NCBI GenBank assembly: GCA_964022095.1
Contig: CAXHZO010000005.1
Span: 1-64,000 of the forward strand
Length of the DNA: 64,000 nt
Source of the DNA: an uncultured Arcobacteraceae bacterium
GTDB taxonomy: Bacteria > Campylobacterota > Campylobacteria > Campylobacterales > Arcobacteraceae
Direction: 5' to 3'
Numbering within the stretch: position 1 is the first letter of the stretch; each line of letters begins with the position of its first letter. The position numbers were made by a program, and so were the translations under genes. Shown here one piece after another: positions 62,062-64,000 of this stretch. The notes beneath the pieces are model-generated. The model did no database searches and was not told where the DNA came from. It saw only the letters and a list, made by a program, of their open reading frames with translations.

Positions 62062-63270
62062 ATGAATATTAATTTTAAAGAGTTAGCAAATAAATATCAA
62101 ACACCATACTATGTGTATGATTTTGACCATATTACAAATCAATATAATGAATTAAAAGGTGCATTTAAAGCAAGAAAATCTTTAATTGCATATGCTGTAA
62201 AAGCAAATTCAAATTTATCAGTTATTAAACACTTAGCTAGTTTAGGTGCAGGGGCTGATTGTGTAAGTATTGGTGAAGTAAGAAGAGCATTAAAAGTTGG
62301 AATTGCTCCTTATAAAATCATTTTCTCAGGTGTTGGAAAGATTGATTCAGAAATTAAAGAAGCTTTAGAACTTGGTATTTTAATGATAAATGTTGAGTCA
62401 GATGCAGAGTTAAATAGAGTTGAAACAATAGCAAAACAGTTAGATGTAGTAGCAAGAATATCAATTAGAGTTAATCCAAATATTGACCCTCAAACACATC
62501 CTTATATTTCAACTGGATTACATGAAAATAAATTTGGCGTTGATATTGATACAGCAAAAAGAATGTACATCCAATGTAAAAACTCTGATAATTTAGAGCC
62601 TCAAGGAATTCATTGTCATATTGGTTCTCAATTAACTCAATTAGAGCCTATTAAAGAGTCAATAAAAATTGTTGCAGATTTAGTTAGAAATTTAAAAGCA
62701 ATTAAAATTGAGTTATCGTTTATTGATGTTGGTGGAGGACTTGGTATTGTTTATGATGATGAAAAACTTATTGATACAAATGAGTACGCACAATCTATTT
62801 TAGAAAATATGTTTGGTTTAGATATTACAGTAGTTTGTGAGCCAGGAAGATTCTTAGTAGGAAATTCTGGAGTATTTGTAAGTAAAGTTTTATATGAAAA
62901 AGTAAATGGAAACAAAAGATTTGTTATTGTTGATGGAGCTATGAATGACTTAATTAGACCGTCATTATATGATGCATATCACAAAATCGAAGTACTAAAT
63001 GATAACAAAGATATAAGTGACTGTAATTTAGTTGGGCCTGTTTGTGAAAGTGGTGACTTCTTTGCAAAAAACATTGAACTTCCTAAAACTGAGCATAATG
63101 ATTTAGTTGCTGTTTACAGTGCTGGTGCATACTGTTTTACAATGGCAAGTAACTATAATACAAGAGGGAAAGTAGCAGAAATTGCTTATGAAGATGGAAA
63201 AGATAGATTAATTAGAAAAAGAGAAAACTTTGAAGATTTAATCGCTTTAGAAGAAGAATTTATAAAATAA
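62062..63270 (+). CDS. lysA: diaminopimelate decarboxylase
   Basis: YAVKANSN, HCHIGSQ, EPGR, GPVCESGD, MASNYN. Confidence 0.96.
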   Translation: MNINFKELANKYQTPYYVYDFDHITNQYNELKGAFKARKSLIAYAVKANSNLSVIKHLASLGAGADCVSIGEVRRALKVGIAPYKIIFSGVGKIDSEIKEALELGILMINVESDAELNRVETIAKQLDVVARISIRVNPNIDPQTHPYISTGLHENKFGVDIDTAKRMYIQCKNSDNLEPQGIHCHIGSQLTQLEPIKESIKIVADLVRNLKAIKIELSFIDVGGGLGIVYDDEKLIDTNEYAQSILENMFGLDITVVCEPGRFLVGNSGVFVSKVLYEKVNGNKRFVIVDGAMNDLIRPSLYDAYHKIEVLNDNKDISDCNLVGPVCESGDFFAKNIELPKTEHNDLVAVYSAGAYCFTMASNYNTRGKVAEIAYEDGKDRLIRKRENFEDLIALEEEFIK

Positions 63271-63283
63271 TTAAAGGCATTTA

Positions 63284-64000
63284 ATGAGTGAAGATGGATT
63301 ATTAGATCTTAGAAATAAGCTTGACAGTATTGATAATGAATTATTACAATTAATTAATGAAAGAATGCAAATTGTTCATCAAGTAGGTGCACTTAAAGCA
63401 AAAAGTGGTGGTGCTATTTATAGACCTGAGCGAGAAAAAGCTATTATTGATAGACTTGAGAAATTAAACCAAGATAATAATGGCTCACTAAATAGAAGTG
63501 CAATTGAAGCACTTTTTTTAGAAATATTTGCAATTTCTAGAAATATAGAATTACCTGAAAATGTTGCATACTTAGGACCTGAAGGAAGCTTTACACATCA
63601 AGCTGCTGAAGGTAGATTTGGGGCAATGAGTTCATATATTTCAGTTGCTTCTATTAAAGGAATATTTAGAGAAGTAAGTACAAAAAAAGCGAGATTTGGA
63701 GTGGTTCCTATTGAGAACTCTTCAAATGGAATTGTTACAGATACAATTAATTGTTTAAGTAAATACAATCTAAAAATTATTGCTGAAGTAGTACTTGATA
63801 TTCATCATACTTTAGCAACTAACTGTGATAAAATCTCTGATATTAAAAGAATTTACTCAAAAGATATTGCTTTTGAACAGTGTAGAAAGTTTTTAGGAAA
63901 TGTTGGATTAGATGAAGTTGAGCAAATTCCAATTGAATCTACAACAAAAGCTGCGAAAATAGCAGTAAAAGAAGAAGGAAGTGCAGCCATTTGTCCTCAT
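63284..64000 (+). CDS. pheA: chorismate mutase/prephenate dehydratase (truncated by window edge)
   Basis: Manual translation MSEDGLLDLRNKLDSID...IYRPERE...AYLGPEGSFTHQAA...VVPIENSSNG. Confidence 0.93.
   Translation, partial: MSEDGLLDLRNKLDSIDNELLQLINERMQIVHQVGALKAKSGGAIYRPEREKAIIDRLEKLNQDNNGSLNRSAIEALFLEIFAISRNIELPENVAYLGPEGSFTHQAAEGRFGAMSSYISVASIKGIFREVSTKKARFGVVPIENSSNGIVTDTINCLSKYNLKIIAEVVLDIHHTLATNCDKISDIKRIYSKDIAFEQCRKFLGNVGLDEVEQIPIESTTKAAKIAVKEEGSAAICPH

Overview
AT-rich chromosomal segment of a Campylobacterota bacterium, most likely Arcobacteraceae (inferred from gene order, protein sequences and AGA/TTA-rich codon use). Mostly housekeeping: porGDAB, rplM-rpsI, a full pho locus (pstSCAB-phoU-psiE-phoB-phoR), prfA/rpsT, glmM-lspA-leuC-mobA, thrS-infC-rpmI-rplT, cdsA-dxr...tsaD-nnr-cutA-thiG, a 7-tRNA cluster, dksA-truD, ctpA-purCSQ-plsC-fluC, tatA-argS, nadD-rsfS, gap-pgk-tpiA-fabI, lysA-pheA. 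Less ordinary parts: (i) two tandem Tat-exported type II-like sulfide:quinone oxidoreductases plus a secreted triple rhodanese; (ii) a DUF3373-like outer-membrane protein next to a cytochrome-c-like protein with no CxxCH; (iii) an accessory block after the tRNAs with a divergent Aat-fold aminoacyl-tRNA transferase, a Tyr/His-rich secreted protein, a SauUSI-like PLD-helicase type IV restriction candidate, a four-gene ABC/Cys-rich membrane module whose first ORF has only an ATT start, and a MazG-like pyrophosphatase; (iv) non-coding signals: two pho boxes with matching geometry, a candidate L20 leader between rpmI and rplT, and a 40-bp duplication of the fabI 3' end/terminator around a GC-rich hairpin. 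No integrase, transposase, cas gene or true CRISPR array seen. All family calls are by eye; no searches were run.
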